This document shows, in pieces, positions 8,960 through 19,273 of a stretch of DNA of 41,887 nt (the stretch's first letter is position 1; the number at the start of each line of letters is the position of its first letter). The stretch covers positions 1 to 41,887 of the forward strand of contig JBGTHM010000008.1 in NCBI GenBank assembly GCA_041746255.1. The letters run 5' to 3'. A program made the position numbers and the translations under genes. The stretch comes from Fibrobacteria bacterium. Lineage in GTDB: Bacteria > Fibrobacterota > Fibrobacteria > UBA11236. The notes beneath the pieces were generated by a model that saw only the letters and a list, made by a program, of their open reading frames with translations, ran no database searches and had not been told where the DNA came from.

Positions 8960-10690
8960 ATGAAATATCCCCTTCTCCTATTGATGTTTTGTTTGAGTGT
9001 TACTCACGCCCAGTATTCCAAAACCCGCCTCATCATCATGGCGGATATGGGAAACGAACCCGACGAAGAGCAGCAAATGATGCACATGCTCATGTACTCC
9101 AACATGTTCGATTTAGAAGGGCTGATCGCCTGCTCAGGTAAATACCTGCATTCGGGCAAAGCCGGAGCCAGGGGGAAGATGCATCCGGAGTTGTTCCACA
9201 AACTGGTGGATGCCTATGGCGAAGTACTCGATAACCTGGAAAAACAAGCCTCTGGCTGGCCCACACCCGCCTATCTGAAAAGCATCGTCAAGGCGGGTAC
9301 CAATGTTTACGGAAATGCCGCGGTGAAGGAAGGCGAATCCAACGAAGCCTCCAAGCTCATCGAAGCCGCGATACTGAAGGACGATCCCCGGAAACTGTAC
9401 ATAGTAGGAAACGCGGGTACCAATACCCTGGCGCAAGCTCTGGTGGATCTGAACAAGACCCGCACCAAAGCGGAGATGGACGCACTGTGCCGGCGCGTCA
9501 TCGTTTTCGAAAACGGAGCCCAGGACAACTCCGGAGCCTGGATCGTCAATAGATACCCCGAAATAGCCTGGCACCGGAGCAACCATCAAACCTATGCCTA
9601 TGGTGGACCGGACAATGGTAACGACGTTAAAGGTCCTTATACCTGGGAGCCCTACGAGCGTACCTCCTGGGGGCAGCATAAATGGGCCCAAGAGCATATC
9701 ATGAAAGGACACGGGCCCCTGGGCGCCCTGTTTCCGTACCGGAAGAATAACGGCGACTGGTTCATCGAAGGCGGTGGAACTATTCCCTGGATGGGATTGG
9801 CCAACCACGGCCTGGCCCACCCCGAACATCTGTACTGGGGAGGCTGGAGCGGACGTTTCGCGCGCGTCAAAACCGCGAACGTCTACTCACGCCATGCCGA
9901 CATCAAAAGCGACGAAGTGAAATTCGGGACGTTCAGGGTTTTTGACGCGGACTCCGAAAAGGAAAAATGGACCGACCCGGTGCATGGCCAGACTTTCGAT
10001 GATTCCGACGTACCGGTTTGGCGCTTCCGGCGGGCCATGTGGAACGACTTTCGCGCCAGGATGGATTGGTGCGTCAAGCCATTCGCCCAGGCCAATCATA
10101 ATCCCGTGGCGGCTTTCAACGGAGACAAGGCCGATACGATTATCCATTTGCAAGCGTTGCCGGGCCAGCAATTGAACCTGGATGCCTCCGCCACGACCGA
10201 TCCCGACAATGATGGATTGGAATTCAACTGGTGGATATACCAGGAAGCGGGAACCTACACCAAAAATATCACCATACTCAACGCGAAAGCCGTGAAAACC
10301 AATTTGACCATTCCCAATGACGCTTTGAACTCCGAAATCCATCTGATCCTCGAAGTGCAGGATAAGAACAGTATCGTCCCCATGACGGATTACCGTCGCG
10401 TCGTAATCAACGTGGTTAAGGAACTGACAACGGCGAACCTGGGTAGTGGGGACAAATTCAATTCGTCAAGCCCAGCATTCCGTTTTCTCATGCATGAGGG
10501 AAGGCCGGTTTTCCACAATCCGGGAAATAATGCCATACATATCAAGGTGAGCGGAATTCAGGGGGTAACCCTGGCGGAACTTAATGTGGCGGCCCAGGGA
10601 TACGAATCTGCGATGCTTAAAAGCGGCGTCTACTTCATCGAATTGCTTGGGAGTCAAAACCCTCAGGTCCGGCGAATCAGCGTCCCCTAA
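8960..10690 (+). CDS. Secreted DUF1593 (nucleoside hydrolase-like, Sde182-type) protein with Ig-like domain and T9SS-like C-terminal tail
   Basis: Signal peptide; [10 protein letters not shown]...[28 protein letters not shown] and ANHNP motifs; [14 protein letters not shown]g-like module; tail [10 protein letters not shown]. Confidence 0.88.
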   Translation: MKYPLLLLMFCLSVTHAQYSKTRLIIMADMGNEPDEEQQMMHMLMYSNMFDLEGLIACSGKYLHSGKAGARGKMHPELFHKLVDAYGEVLDNLEKQASGWPTPAYLKSIVKAGTNVYGNAAVKEGESNEASKLIEAAILKDDPRKLYIVGNAGTNTLAQALVDLNKTRTKAEMDALCRRVIVFENGAQDNSGAWIVNRYPEIAWHRSNHQTYAYGGPDNGNDVKGPYTWEPYERTSWGQHKWAQEHIMKGHGPLGALFPYRKNNGDWFIEGGGTIPWMGLANHGLAHPEHLYWGGWSGRFARVKTANVYSRHADIKSDEVKFGTFRVFDADSEKEKWTDPVHGQTFDDSDVPVWRFRRAMWNDFRARMDWCVKPFAQANHNPVAAFNGDKADTIIHLQALPGQQLNLDASATTDPDNDGLEFNWWIYQEAGTYTKNITILNAKAVKTNLTIPNDALNSEIHLILEVQDKNSIVPMTDYRRVVINVVKELTTANLGSGDKFNSSSPAFRFLMHEGRPVFHNPGNNAIHIKVSGIQGVTLAELNVAAQGYESAMLKSGVYFIELLGSQNPQVRRISVP

Positions 10691-12075
10691 TTTCCCGCCT
10701 GGGATAGGGGATCCAGCAGCTTCTCCAATTCTCTGTTCGGAAGCACGCCCACCTCCTGCGCCACTTCCCGTATCGTGCGGCCTGACGCGTAGGCCTCCTT
10801 CGCGATTGCGGCCGCCTTATCGTAGCCGATGCGCGGGGCGAGAGCTGTCGCCATGGCCAGACTTTTTTCGATCATGCCTCGGCATCTTTCATCATCAGCC
10901 TGCAGGCCTAGCACGCATTTTTCGGTGAAAACCATGACTCCCTGGGTAAGCAGCCGCTGCGACTCCAGCAGATTATCGATAATTAACGGCATCATCACAT
11001 TGAGTTCAAAATTTCCCCCCATGCCTCCCAACCCGATGGCGGTGTCGTTGCCTATCACTTGCGCGCAGACTTGCATCAGGGCTTCCGCCATCACCGGGTT
11101 CACCTTGCCGGGCATGATGGACGACCCCGGCTGCACGGCCGGTATATGGATTTCTCCGATTCCCGTGCGCGGCCCCGATCCCAGCCAGCGAATGTCGTTG
11201 GCGATTTTGAAAAGACTGACCGCCACGGTTTTGAGGCTGCCGCTCATCTCCACCGCCGCGTCGCGCGCGCCCTGCGCCTCGAAATGATTGTCGGCTTCGC
11301 GAAAGGCCTTGCCGCTCGCCTTATTGAGGTGGCGTATGGCCAAGGCGGCGAAATTCTTCGGCGCGTTAAGGCCCGTCCCTACGGCCGTTCCGCCCAGCGC
11401 CAATTCCAGCAGCCCCTCGCCGCTTTTTTTCAGCCGGATTTTCCCATGGGCCACCATGGAGGCATAGCCGCCGAACTCCTGTCCCAATCGCATGGGAACC
11501 GCATCCTGTAAATGCGTGCGGCCGATTTTAAGCACCGGGTGGAATTGTTTGGCTTTGCGATGGAGGGCTTTCTCCAAGGCGCTCAAGGCCGGCAGCAATT
11601 CCTCTTCCAGTTGGAAAAGCGCGGCCACATGCAGGCAGGTGGGGATCACGTCGTTGCTCGATTGCGACATATTCACGTGATCATTGGCATGGACCGCGTT
11701 TTTTTCTCCGCTTGCGACGCCGAGAATTTCATTGGCCCGGTTGGCGATAACCTCATTGGCGTTCATGTTGGTGGATGTGCCCGACCCGGTTTGAAAAACA
11801 TCCACTGGAAAGTGGCCGTCATGCTTCCCCTTCCAAACCTCCTCGGCGGCCTTGAGAATGGCCTTGGCGCGACGGCCGTCGAGCAACTTCAAATCGCGAT
11901 TGGCCTGGCAGGCGACATGCTTTACCATTCCCAGCGCCTTGAGGAATTCGCGGGAGAAGCGTCTGTTGCTGATGGCGAAGTTCTCCACTGCTCTTTGGGT
12001 TTGCGCGCCCCAATAGGCCGATTTCGGCACCTTAACCTCACCCATACTGTCTTTTTCCACCCGATGCTCCGCCAT
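10687..12075 (-). CDS. fumC: Fumarate hydratase class II
   Basis: [59 protein letters not shown] before ATG 12075. Confidence 0.95.
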   Translation of the reverse strand: MAEHRVEKDSMGEVKVPKSAYWGAQTQRAVENFAISNRRFSREFLKALGMVKHVACQANRDLKLLDGRRAKAILKAAEEVWKGKHDGHFPVDVFQTGSGTSTNMNANEVIANRANEILGVASGEKNAVHANDHVNMSQSSNDVIPTCLHVAALFQLEEELLPALSALEKALHRKAKQFHPVLKIGRTHLQDAVPMRLGQEFGGYASMVAHGKIRLKKSGEGLLELALGGTAVGTGLNAPKNFAALAIRHLNKASGKAFREADNHFEAQGARDAAVEMSGSLKTVAVSLFKIANDIRWLGSGPRTGIGEIHIPAVQPGSSIMPGKVNPVMAEALMQVCAQVIGNDTAIGLGGMGGNFELNVMMPLIIDNLLESQRLLTQGVMVFTEKCVLGLQADDERCRGMIEKSLAMATALAPRIGYDKAAAIAKEAYASGRTIREVAQEVGVLPNRELEKLLDPLSQAGN

Positions 12076-12180
12076 CTCGAACCTCTCCATTCTTTGCAGC
12101 CCCCCCTGATTTTGTTATCTTGGTGGCCTCCCAAAAACTTCCATTTTCCGACCTAAACCCTCCAGAAGAAATATAGGCTT

Positions 12181-13818
12181 ATGTTAACCACAGCCGGAAT
12201 CTCCCTCTCATACGGCAAACGTTCCCTTTTCAAGGACGTCAGCATCACTTTTACACCCGGCAATTGTTACGGCCTTATCGGCGCGAACGGGGCGGGTAAG
12301 TCGACTTTCCTGAAAATCCTCTCCGGCGAAATCAAGGCCGACTCCGGGCATGTCAGTAAGGCTTCGGGCGCCCGCATCGCAACCCTGGCCCAGGACCATT
12401 TCCAATTCGACGATTTCACCGTACTGGAAACCGTCATCATGGGACATAAGCGTCTCAACAAGGTGATGCGCGAGAAAGACGCCCTTTACGCCAAACCCGA
12501 TTTCAGCGAAGCGGACGGCATCAAAGCCTCGGAGCTGGAAACCGAGTTCGCGGAAATGAACGGGTGGAATGCCGAAGCCGAGGCTGGCACCTTGCTCGGC
12601 AATTTGGGAATACCCGAACCCCGGCAGGGCATCAAGATGCGCGATTTGGAAGCGGGCGAAAAAATCCGCGTGCTTTTGGCGCAATCGCTTTTCGGCAATC
12701 CCGAAATCCTACTCATGGACGAACCCACCAACCATCTCGACATCGATACCATCAAATGGCTCGAGGATTTTCTCTACAATTTTCAGAATACGGTTATCGT
12801 GGTTTCGCATGACCGGCATTTTCTCGACCAGGTGTGCACCCATGTTTGCGACATCGACTTCGGAAAGATTTCCACCTACACCGGCAACTACAGCTTCTGG
12901 TATGAGTCCAGCCAATTGGCTTTGCAACAAAAGCGCGACTCCAACAAGAAAAAAGAGGACAAGATGAAGGATTTGCAAACCTTCATCCAGCGTTTCTCCG
13001 CCAATGCCTCGAAATCGCGACAGGCCACTTCGCGCAAGAAATTGTTGGATAAAATCACCCTGGAGGATATCAAACCTTCAAATCGCCAATATCCCTACAT
13101 CCTCTTCAAGCAAGAGCGTGAGTCCGGCAAGGTCATTCTGGTGGTGGAAAACCTCACGAAAACCCTGGAAGGAAAAACGCTTTTCCGTAACGTTCATCTC
13201 AACGTCAATCCCGGTGACAAAATCGCCTTTATTGGCCGAGATGATTTGATCAGCTCCGCCTTTTTTCAAACCGTCATGGGTGAGATGAAACCGGACTCCG
13301 GGTCGGTGGAATGGGGCGTTTCCATTTCCAAAGCCTATTTTCCCAAGGACAACAGCAAGTACTTCGAATCCGATCTGAACCTGGTCGATTGGCTGCGGCA
13401 ATACTCCAAAGACCAGGAGGAGAGCTATGTGCGCGGGTTCCTAGGCAAGATGCTTTTTTCGGGGGAAGAGGCCCTGAAAAAATGCAATGTGTTATCGGGG
13501 GGCGAGAAAGTACGCTGCATGCTTTCGAAATTGATGCTGCAGGGGGCGAATGTGTTGGTGCTAGACGAGCCCACCAATCATCTCGACCTGGAGTCGATTA
13601 TGGCCCTGAACAACGGCCTGCGCGACTTCGACGGAACGGTTCTCTTCACTTCCCAAGATCGCCAATTCATCCAGACCATCGCCAATCGCATTGTTGAAAT
13701 AACGCCCAAAGGCGTCATCGACCGGCTGACCACCTTGGATGACTACTTGGAAAACGAGGGTATCCGGAAATTGCGCGAAGGGTTGTACGGCTCTTCCAAA
13801 ATCGCATCGGTCAAATAA
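12181..13818 (+). CDS. ABC-F family ATP-binding protein (YbiT/YkpA-like)
   Basis: Two ABC cassettes (GANGAGKST, DEPTNHLD twice, LSGGEK), interdomain linker RFSANASKSRQATSRKK, no TM segments. Confidence 0.93.
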   Translation: MLTTAGISLSYGKRSLFKDVSITFTPGNCYGLIGANGAGKSTFLKILSGEIKADSGHVSKASGARIATLAQDHFQFDDFTVLETVIMGHKRLNKVMREKDALYAKPDFSEADGIKASELETEFAEMNGWNAEAEAGTLLGNLGIPEPRQGIKMRDLEAGEKIRVLLAQSLFGNPEILLMDEPTNHLDIDTIKWLEDFLYNFQNTVIVVSHDRHFLDQVCTHVCDIDFGKISTYTGNYSFWYESSQLALQQKRDSNKKKEDKMKDLQTFIQRFSANASKSRQATSRKKLLDKITLEDIKPSNRQYPYILFKQERESGKVILVVENLTKTLEGKTLFRNVHLNVNPGDKIAFIGRDDLISSAFFQTVMGEMKPDSGSVEWGVSISKAYFPKDNSKYFESDLNLVDWLRQYSKDQEESYVRGFLGKMLFSGEEALKKCNVLSGGEKVRCMLSKLMLQGANVLVLDEPTNHLDLESIMALNNGLRDFDGTVLFTSQDRQFIQTIANRIVEITPKGVIDRLTTLDDYLENEGIRKLREGLYGSSKIASVK

Positions 13819-14711
13819 TAACCCAGGGTTTTTCCCCGCGCATCCACGATACGGCCGGGCTCATGGGTGCCGTTGCGGATTGTCTTAGCGGGCGAGGTTC
13901 GGATGGCGGTTCCGTTGCAACTCTGACCCGCCTCCCAATTGGAATCGACTTGGGTAGCCCAGGCCTTTATGATTTCGGAGAGGTTGCATAATTTATTGCC
14001 GCCCAAGAGCACCTTTTCGGCCTTTAATTTCACGATATTCTCCGGCAAATTTTCCAGACCATTGTTTTGCAAATTCAGCAACAGCAAGCCGGACATGTCG
14101 CCGATCGCTTCCGGCAAGGCCGAGAGTTGATTATGCGAAACCACCAAGGCTTGTAGTTTTGGCAGTCCTGTAATGGCGGTTGGCAGTGAAGTGAGGGAAT
14201 TATGCGGAAGATTTAAAACCGATAAACTGTCGAGCCCTCCGATTTCGGAGGGTAGCGAAGTGAGTTTGTTGTTCTCCAAAGTCAGGGTGGTCAGTTTTTT
14301 CAAGTTTCCGATGGAGGCGGGAAGACCCGTTAATTGATTGCCTCCCATGAAGAGTACTTGCAATTTGGTCAATTCCCCGATTTCGGTGGGAAGTGCGGTT
14401 AATCCGGTAGAGTCCACATACAGTTGCGTAAGCTCCGTGAGAACGCCCAACTCTTTTGGAAGAGTGGTGACGGGTCGATGTGAAAAAGCCAGAATTTGGA
14501 TGCGACCTGCTCTTTCGGGTGTGACGGCCTCAACCGGGATGGAATCCAGTCCGTTGATATCCAGGATGGCCCGCACAGCCAATGAATCCGCGGAATAGGA
14601 TTGCGCATGCGTTTCTCTCCCCATTCCTAACACAATCAGCAGTAAAAGGAGCAGCGACAGAAAGTTGGGCTGGTACCGTGTGCAAAGGGCGATTGGGTTC
14701 TTACCTGGCAT
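13743..14711 (-). CDS. Secreted leucine-rich repeat protein
   Basis: AGGAG RBS before ATG 14711; hydrophobic signal peptide; about 7 LxxLxLxxNxLxxLPxxIG repeats; N-cap DSLAVRAILDING; Cys-containing C-cap. Confidence 0.88.
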   Translation of the reverse strand: MPGKNPIALCTRYQPNFLSLLLLLLIVLGMGRETHAQSYSADSLAVRAILDINGLDSIPVEAVTPERAGRIQILAFSHRPVTTLPKELGVLTELTQLYVDSTGLTALPTEIGELTKLQVLFMGGNQLTGLPASIGNLKKLTTLTLENNKLTSLPSEIGGLDSLSVLNLPHNSLTSLPTAITGLPKLQALVVSHNQLSALPEAIGDMSGLLLLNLQNNGLENLPENIVKLKAEKVLLGGNKLCNLSEIIKAWATQVDSNWEAGQSCNGTAIRTSPAKTIRNGTHEPGRIVDARGKTLGYYLTDAILEEPYNPSRNFRIPSFSK

Positions 14712-14882
14712 AAAGGCTCCTGCAGGGGGATGGCGGACTTTGATCATCACGCTGTTTGTGGTAAAAATCTACTTCTAATTCCCATTTGGGGAAGCTTTTC
14801 CGGTTGGTCGCCTATTGTTATCTATTTAGCTAATGTAATGGGGGCGCCAGGCCAAGGCGCCAAGCCTGTTTTCGGAGCACTT

Positions 14883-15191
14883 GTGACTCGAAAAAACCAA
14901 AAAGAGTGGGTTCCCTGCCCGTATTGTGGCGAAGACATCGAGTCCGATGCCTCAAGTTGTAAGTTTTGCGGATCGGATGAAGCGACCGGTTGGTCCGAAT
15001 CCACTTATATGGACGGTATCGATTTGCCGGACGACGACGATTATACCGAAAGCGTACAAAAAGAATTGGGGGAATTGTTGGGAACGCCTCCCACCCCGCG
15101 TTTTTACGGCATCCCAACCTGGGTAGTGATTGGCGGTACAATCCTACTGATTCTATTCGTGGTCGGGTTATTACGAAATCTCCCGCTGTGA
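14883..15191 (+). CDS. Small zinc-ribbon protein with acidic linker and C-terminal TM helix
   Basis: CPYCG...CKFCG, DLPDDDDY, hydrophobic C-terminus; GGAG RBS before GTG 14883. Confidence 0.72.
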   Translation: MTRKNQKEWVPCPYCGEDIESDASSCKFCGSDEATGWSESTYMDGIDLPDDDDYTESVQKELGELLGTPPTPRFYGIPTWVVIGGTILLILFVVGLLRNLPL

Positions 15192-15260
15192 AACGCGTGC
15201 TGGGCGAGACGGTGTTTCGCTCTCAAGGGTCCCATTGCCCGGTTTAGCTAATTTAGGCTT

Positions 15261-15282
15261 TCCCGGAACCTTCCGGGATTTT
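15261..15282 (+). terminator. Hairpin, possible intrinsic terminator or operator
   Basis: TCCCGGAA-CC-TTCCGGGA followed by TTTT, between the zinc-ribbon gene and tamB. Confidence 0.4.
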
Positions 15283-15358
15283 ATCTTTCCATTGCATCTC
15301 GCTCTTAAATCGCTGGAAAGGTAAATTGTGACCCACTTACCGGTTACGTGAATGAATA

Positions 15359-18300
15359 ATGCGGAAAATCCTGAAATGGGGATTGATTTCCCTCTTATTA
15401 TTAGGCGCCGTAGCCATACCGGTAGGCTATTTCGCCGGGCGTCACCTACTTAGCCAATATCTGGCCAACGAGATCCAAATCGCAGACGCCACCCTGCGCG
15501 TCGTCAATGCCGATCTGACCTGGGGTTTCAATGTCCGCGCCGACTCCCTGTATTACCAGGCTCCGGGACTGCGGGTGGTCTCCGGAGGCATAATCGCCGA
15601 AGCCAATCTCTTCGGAAGCCTTTTCCGGCTTTCCCCTTCGGCAGATGTGAATATCGATACGGTTCGAATTTATTTAGAAGAGGCTCCGGAAAAGGAAAAA
15701 CCGGAATCGGGCCCACCCGCATTCCCCGATTTCAAGATTCCCGCCGTAGTGGACATTCGGCTTAAGCGCCTCGAGGCACGTGGCGACTCCGGTTTGTTGG
15801 CCGCCGCCGAAGGCATACGCCTCAACAACCCCGGCGAACGGTCGTTGCTCTTGTCGATAGACTCGCTTTTTTCTCCCCTCGCGCAGGACTTGCAGCCGAA
15901 TCTCCGGCTTTACGTCGATTGGCAAGCACCCGATTCATTGGAATTGAAGGCCCGGATTTTCCGGGGCCACGACAGTCTCGCCCTCTCGTCTTTCATGGAT
16001 AAAACGGATTTGTTGCGTGGTGAGCATGTGCTTGACGCGCAAATCGCATCTTCGCTTCCCTATGCACAAAATTTTATGGATAGCGCGGAGGCCATGCCGC
16101 GCGCCCATTCGACGCAGCTTCAGGTCAAGGTTCGCTGGGCGGAAACACTTGAGCTGCTGGGAGAACTCCAGACTCGGGTGAGCCATTTCGATTCTACCGC
16201 CGCTTATCGCTTGAGCCCCCAGAAAATTTCCCTGAACCTCGAGCTTAAGGGCCGTTCAGGTCGAGTGGATTTGATCAGCCGGGGAGAGCAGGGCGAAAGA
16301 GTGGAGTTGTCCGGCCCTATTTCTCTGGGCGCATACGACTCGCTGGCGCATTTGGGAGCGGCCGTGGAAAGGGCTACCGCAGCCTTGCAAGGCCGCATCC
16401 GGGGTATCCCTTTAGTGGTCGGGGCTGAAACAGTGACGGCGGATATCCAGGTAACCGAGGCGCGCTTGTCCGCGGATAGTATCGCTCTCGCCTTGATTAC
16501 CGGTGAGCGTTCCCAGCTTACCGCGCAAATGCGCCGCAGGGAGGGAGAATGGGATGGACGCTTCCAGGGCGATATCGCGGCCAACGAGAGATGGGTAAAG
16601 CCATTTATCGACACGAGTATCACTTTTACCTCCTTACGCGTACAAGGAGAAATGCAGGGGGCTTCCATCCGCTTTTCCACGCAGGCGCATCAAGTTCGGG
16701 CCTACCAGGTCAGCGCCGATTCTTTGCACGCCGTGCATCGCTATGCGGGTTCGCGCTATGAATTGCTTTCCTCATCGCTCTATAGCGGTGAAAATGAATT
16801 CAATCTGGCGGGATATGTCGAAACGCAACCCGGACTTTCGCTCGAATTCACCTTGCATCATCCGGAGCATGGCTCGGCGCGCTACTACATGCCTTCTGGA
16901 GACGCCATGGAAGCCGAAGTGGATAACCTCCTCTTGGCGGAAATTCCCTATGTTTATTTGCAGGATCTTCCCGTCGCAGCGCCTCGCGCCACGGGCATTT
17001 TCCGTTGGAATATGTTGACGCAAGCAGGGGATGTCGATTTGCGGGCGGAGGCGGTTTTCCGCAAACGCAAAATAATGGCGGAAGTGTCGGGCGATTGGGA
17101 CGCCGATTCGCTGCGAGTTTCGGAAGCATTTGTGCGGCAGGGCGAATCCGGGCTGAAAGCCAGCCTCTTGGTCGCCTTGGGCGGACGGCAATTCTACGAT
17201 TTGGCGGGCTTGGGGTTGGATGAATTCCGGCGAGTGGAAGTGTCGACGGACGGATTCGATTTACGCCAGGCCTTGGAGTTGGCCACGGAAGAAGAGTCGG
17301 ACCAGACCCGGGGGCGCTTGGAGGGGGGCTTGGCTTACGGTTCCGAATCGGGGTTTACCGGGGAATTGCGCATAGTCGGATTGCAGCACAAAAGTCTGCC
17401 CGAAGGTTTGCGCGTGGAGGAGCTCAAGGTAGTCGGATTGCAGGATACCCTGCTGGTATTGGTGCGCACCGATTCTGAAAAGGAGGCGTTACTGCGCGAC
17501 TCCCTCACCGTAGCGGTTACGGGAGTAATGGACAGCGTACAGAGTATTACGGCCCGTGCCATGGTCGGAGAGCGATTGACGGCGCGTTTCGATGGACTTA
17601 CCCATCAATTCAAGGATATTCAGGGAGATCTGAACGTTCAAGGCGACGTGGATCTGCCGGAAGGATCGGGGAAAATCGTAGACCTGGATTTACGCGCCCG
17701 GCTCGACATTCCCTTTAAGGACGCGCTTGCCGCCATGCGCATCGATGTGGAAAGTCTTCGCGGCACGTATGCGGTTCCGGATTTGGATACTCAATATTTC
17801 GAAGTGGCCGCTTCGGTAAGGGAAGGCATCGCTTCGGTTCCCGATTTGCGGATCCATAACGCCGCGGGCGATACCTTGCGGGGAAGCGCGCGCTATGATG
17901 TATCGGGCGGAAAAGGTCTTCGCGTCGATTTGAAAGGCGAAAGTTTCGCGGGGGCCGTGCAGGGCGGAACCCGTTTCCGCTTGCGGGATTTGGAGGCGCA
18001 GTTGCATCTGGATTCACTCGCCATGCGCGTTACGGCTAAAGTAGGTAACGCCTCACTCAATGTAACCCAACCCCCTACCCGGATATCGGGAAGAGTGCGC
18101 GATATTTCCCTGGATTACCGCAGCCCCATGCAGATGCGGGCCCCACCCACGAACGGAGGCGTCAACGGCAGGCGCCGGGATGCCATTCTGCAGGTAGAGC
18201 CGGCCGTACTCAATTTATCCGCTACCCTCGACAGTTCGCTCATACGCTACCGTTTGAGAAGCATTGAGGCTTTACAAGGCCTCTTTCGAAAACGCAGTTC

Positions 18301-19273
18301 CCGGCCCACGCGGCAGGCGGGTCCCGAGGAGGCCTCACGCCCCATGCAGGTGCGCATCAACATCCAAACCGAAGGTACCGAAAATCGCATCGATACCGAC
18401 ATTTTGCGCATGAACATGGTGGGCGACGTCAACATCCAGGGAATCTGGCCCTACGCATTGGTCAGGGGGCGTATCAGCGCGGTATCGGGCGAAATGGGAT
18501 TGGAAAAACAAAGTTATGACATCAACCAATTGGAGGTGCTATGGCAGAACTCTCCCCTTGAAGAAGGGCGTATGACGATGGAATCGCAAAAGAACCTAGC
18601 GCGCACCTGCGAGAGGAATGAGCAGGACTCTTGCCTGGTTTACACGCGACTCGGCGGATCCTTGGAGGATTTGCAATTTTCCTATGAAACCGATTGCGGC
18701 GGTTCTTTCGGCGCCGGCGCCGATGTAACCGCCTTGCTGTTATCGGTGCATCGCGGTTGTTATGATGATTCCTTTGCCGCGGGCGGCACGGGCGCGTCGC
18801 TCGGATCGCGCGCGTTGACTCTGCTCGAGGCTCCCGTGAGCCAGGAGCTTTCCCGGTTATTAAGCCGCTACTCGGGCAGTTGGATAGCCTCCACCCAGAT
18901 TTCCGGCCTGGGAGCTCTCACACAGGCGGGGGGGGAATCGCAAGAAGCTGTGGGCGACTCCGCCCAAGCGGTTTCGGTGGAAATCATCTCCAAGGAAATA
19001 CTTCGCACACGTTTCCGGGCCCGCGCGGGCTATAATCCGGGCGAGAACGTGCATAATCCCTGGGAGCAAATGGTGGGGTTGGAATGGCGCCCACCCCTCG
19101 CTGGATTAGCCAGGAGTAACGCTTGGAAGCGACGCCTCCGCGATAACGTAAGTGTTTTAGCCGCGATTGAACGCGATCCCTCCCTGGAAACCAATCCCAA
19201 CGAAGAAGTTCTCCAGCGCAAGGTGAGCCTGGATTACAATTACAACTTTTGGAATTTCTGGTTTCTCAAATGA
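15359..19273 (+). CDS. TamB/AsmA-like translocation and assembly module protein
   Basis: N-terminal membrane anchor; 1304 aa of amphipathic beta-rich sequence; DUF490-like C-terminal region (MNMVGDVNIQG...LVRGRISAVSG); ATGA overlap with the downstream Omp85 gene. Confidence 0.75.
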   Translation: MRKILKWGLISLLLLGAVAIPVGYFAGRHLLSQYLANEIQIADATLRVVNADLTWGFNVRADSLYYQAPGLRVVSGGIIAEANLFGSLFRLSPSADVNIDTVRIYLEEAPEKEKPESGPPAFPDFKIPAVVDIRLKRLEARGDSGLLAAAEGIRLNNPGERSLLLSIDSLFSPLAQDLQPNLRLYVDWQAPDSLELKARIFRGHDSLALSSFMDKTDLLRGEHVLDAQIASSLPYAQNFMDSAEAMPRAHSTQLQVKVRWAETLELLGELQTRVSHFDSTAAYRLSPQKISLNLELKGRSGRVDLISRGEQGERVELSGPISLGAYDSLAHLGAAVERATAALQGRIRGIPLVVGAETVTADIQVTEARLSADSIALALITGERSQLTAQMRRREGEWDGRFQGDIAANERWVKPFIDTSITFTSLRVQGEMQGASIRFSTQAHQVRAYQVSADSLHAVHRYAGSRYELLSSSLYSGENEFNLAGYVETQPGLSLEFTLHHPEHGSARYYMPSGDAMEAEVDNLLLAEIPYVYLQDLPVAAPRATGIFRWNMLTQAGDVDLRAEAVFRKRKIMAEVSGDWDADSLRVSEAFVRQGESGLKASLLVALGGRQFYDLAGLGLDEFRRVEVSTDGFDLRQALELATEEESDQTRGRLEGGLAYGSESGFTGELRIVGLQHKSLPEGLRVEELKVVGLQDTLLVLVRTDSEKEALLRDSLTVAVTGVMDSVQSITARAMVGERLTARFDGLTHQFKDIQGDLNVQGDVDLPEGSGKIVDLDLRARLDIPFKDALAAMRIDVESLRGTYAVPDLDTQYFEVAASVREGIASVPDLRIHNAAGDTLRGSARYDVSGGKGLRVDLKGESFAGAVQGGTRFRLRDLEAQLHLDSLAMRVTAKVGNASLNVTQPPTRISGRVRDISLDYRSPMQMRAPPTNGGVNGRRRDAILQVEPAVLNLSATLDSSLIRYRLRSIEALQGLFRKRSSRPTRQAGPEEASRPMQVRINIQTEGTENRIDTDILRMNMVGDVNIQGIWPYALVRGRISAVSGEMGLEKQSYDINQLEVLWQNSPLEEGRMTMESQKNLARTCERNEQDSCLVYTRLGGSLEDLQFSYETDCGGSFGAGADVTALLLSVHRGCYDDSFAAGGTGASLGSRALTLLEAPVSQELSRLLSRYSGSWIASTQISGLGALTQAGGESQEAVGDSAQAVSVEIISKEILRTRFRARAGYNPGENVHNPWEQMVGLEWRPPLAGLARSNAWKRRLRDNVSVLAAIERDPSLETNPNEEVLQRKVSLDYNYNFWNFWFLK

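Noticed and set aside
13743..14711. LRR protein as an NLR-like or anti-phage defence component
   Set aside because: Secreted LRR-only protein with no NTPase, TIR or Roc-COR domain; no defence genes nearby.
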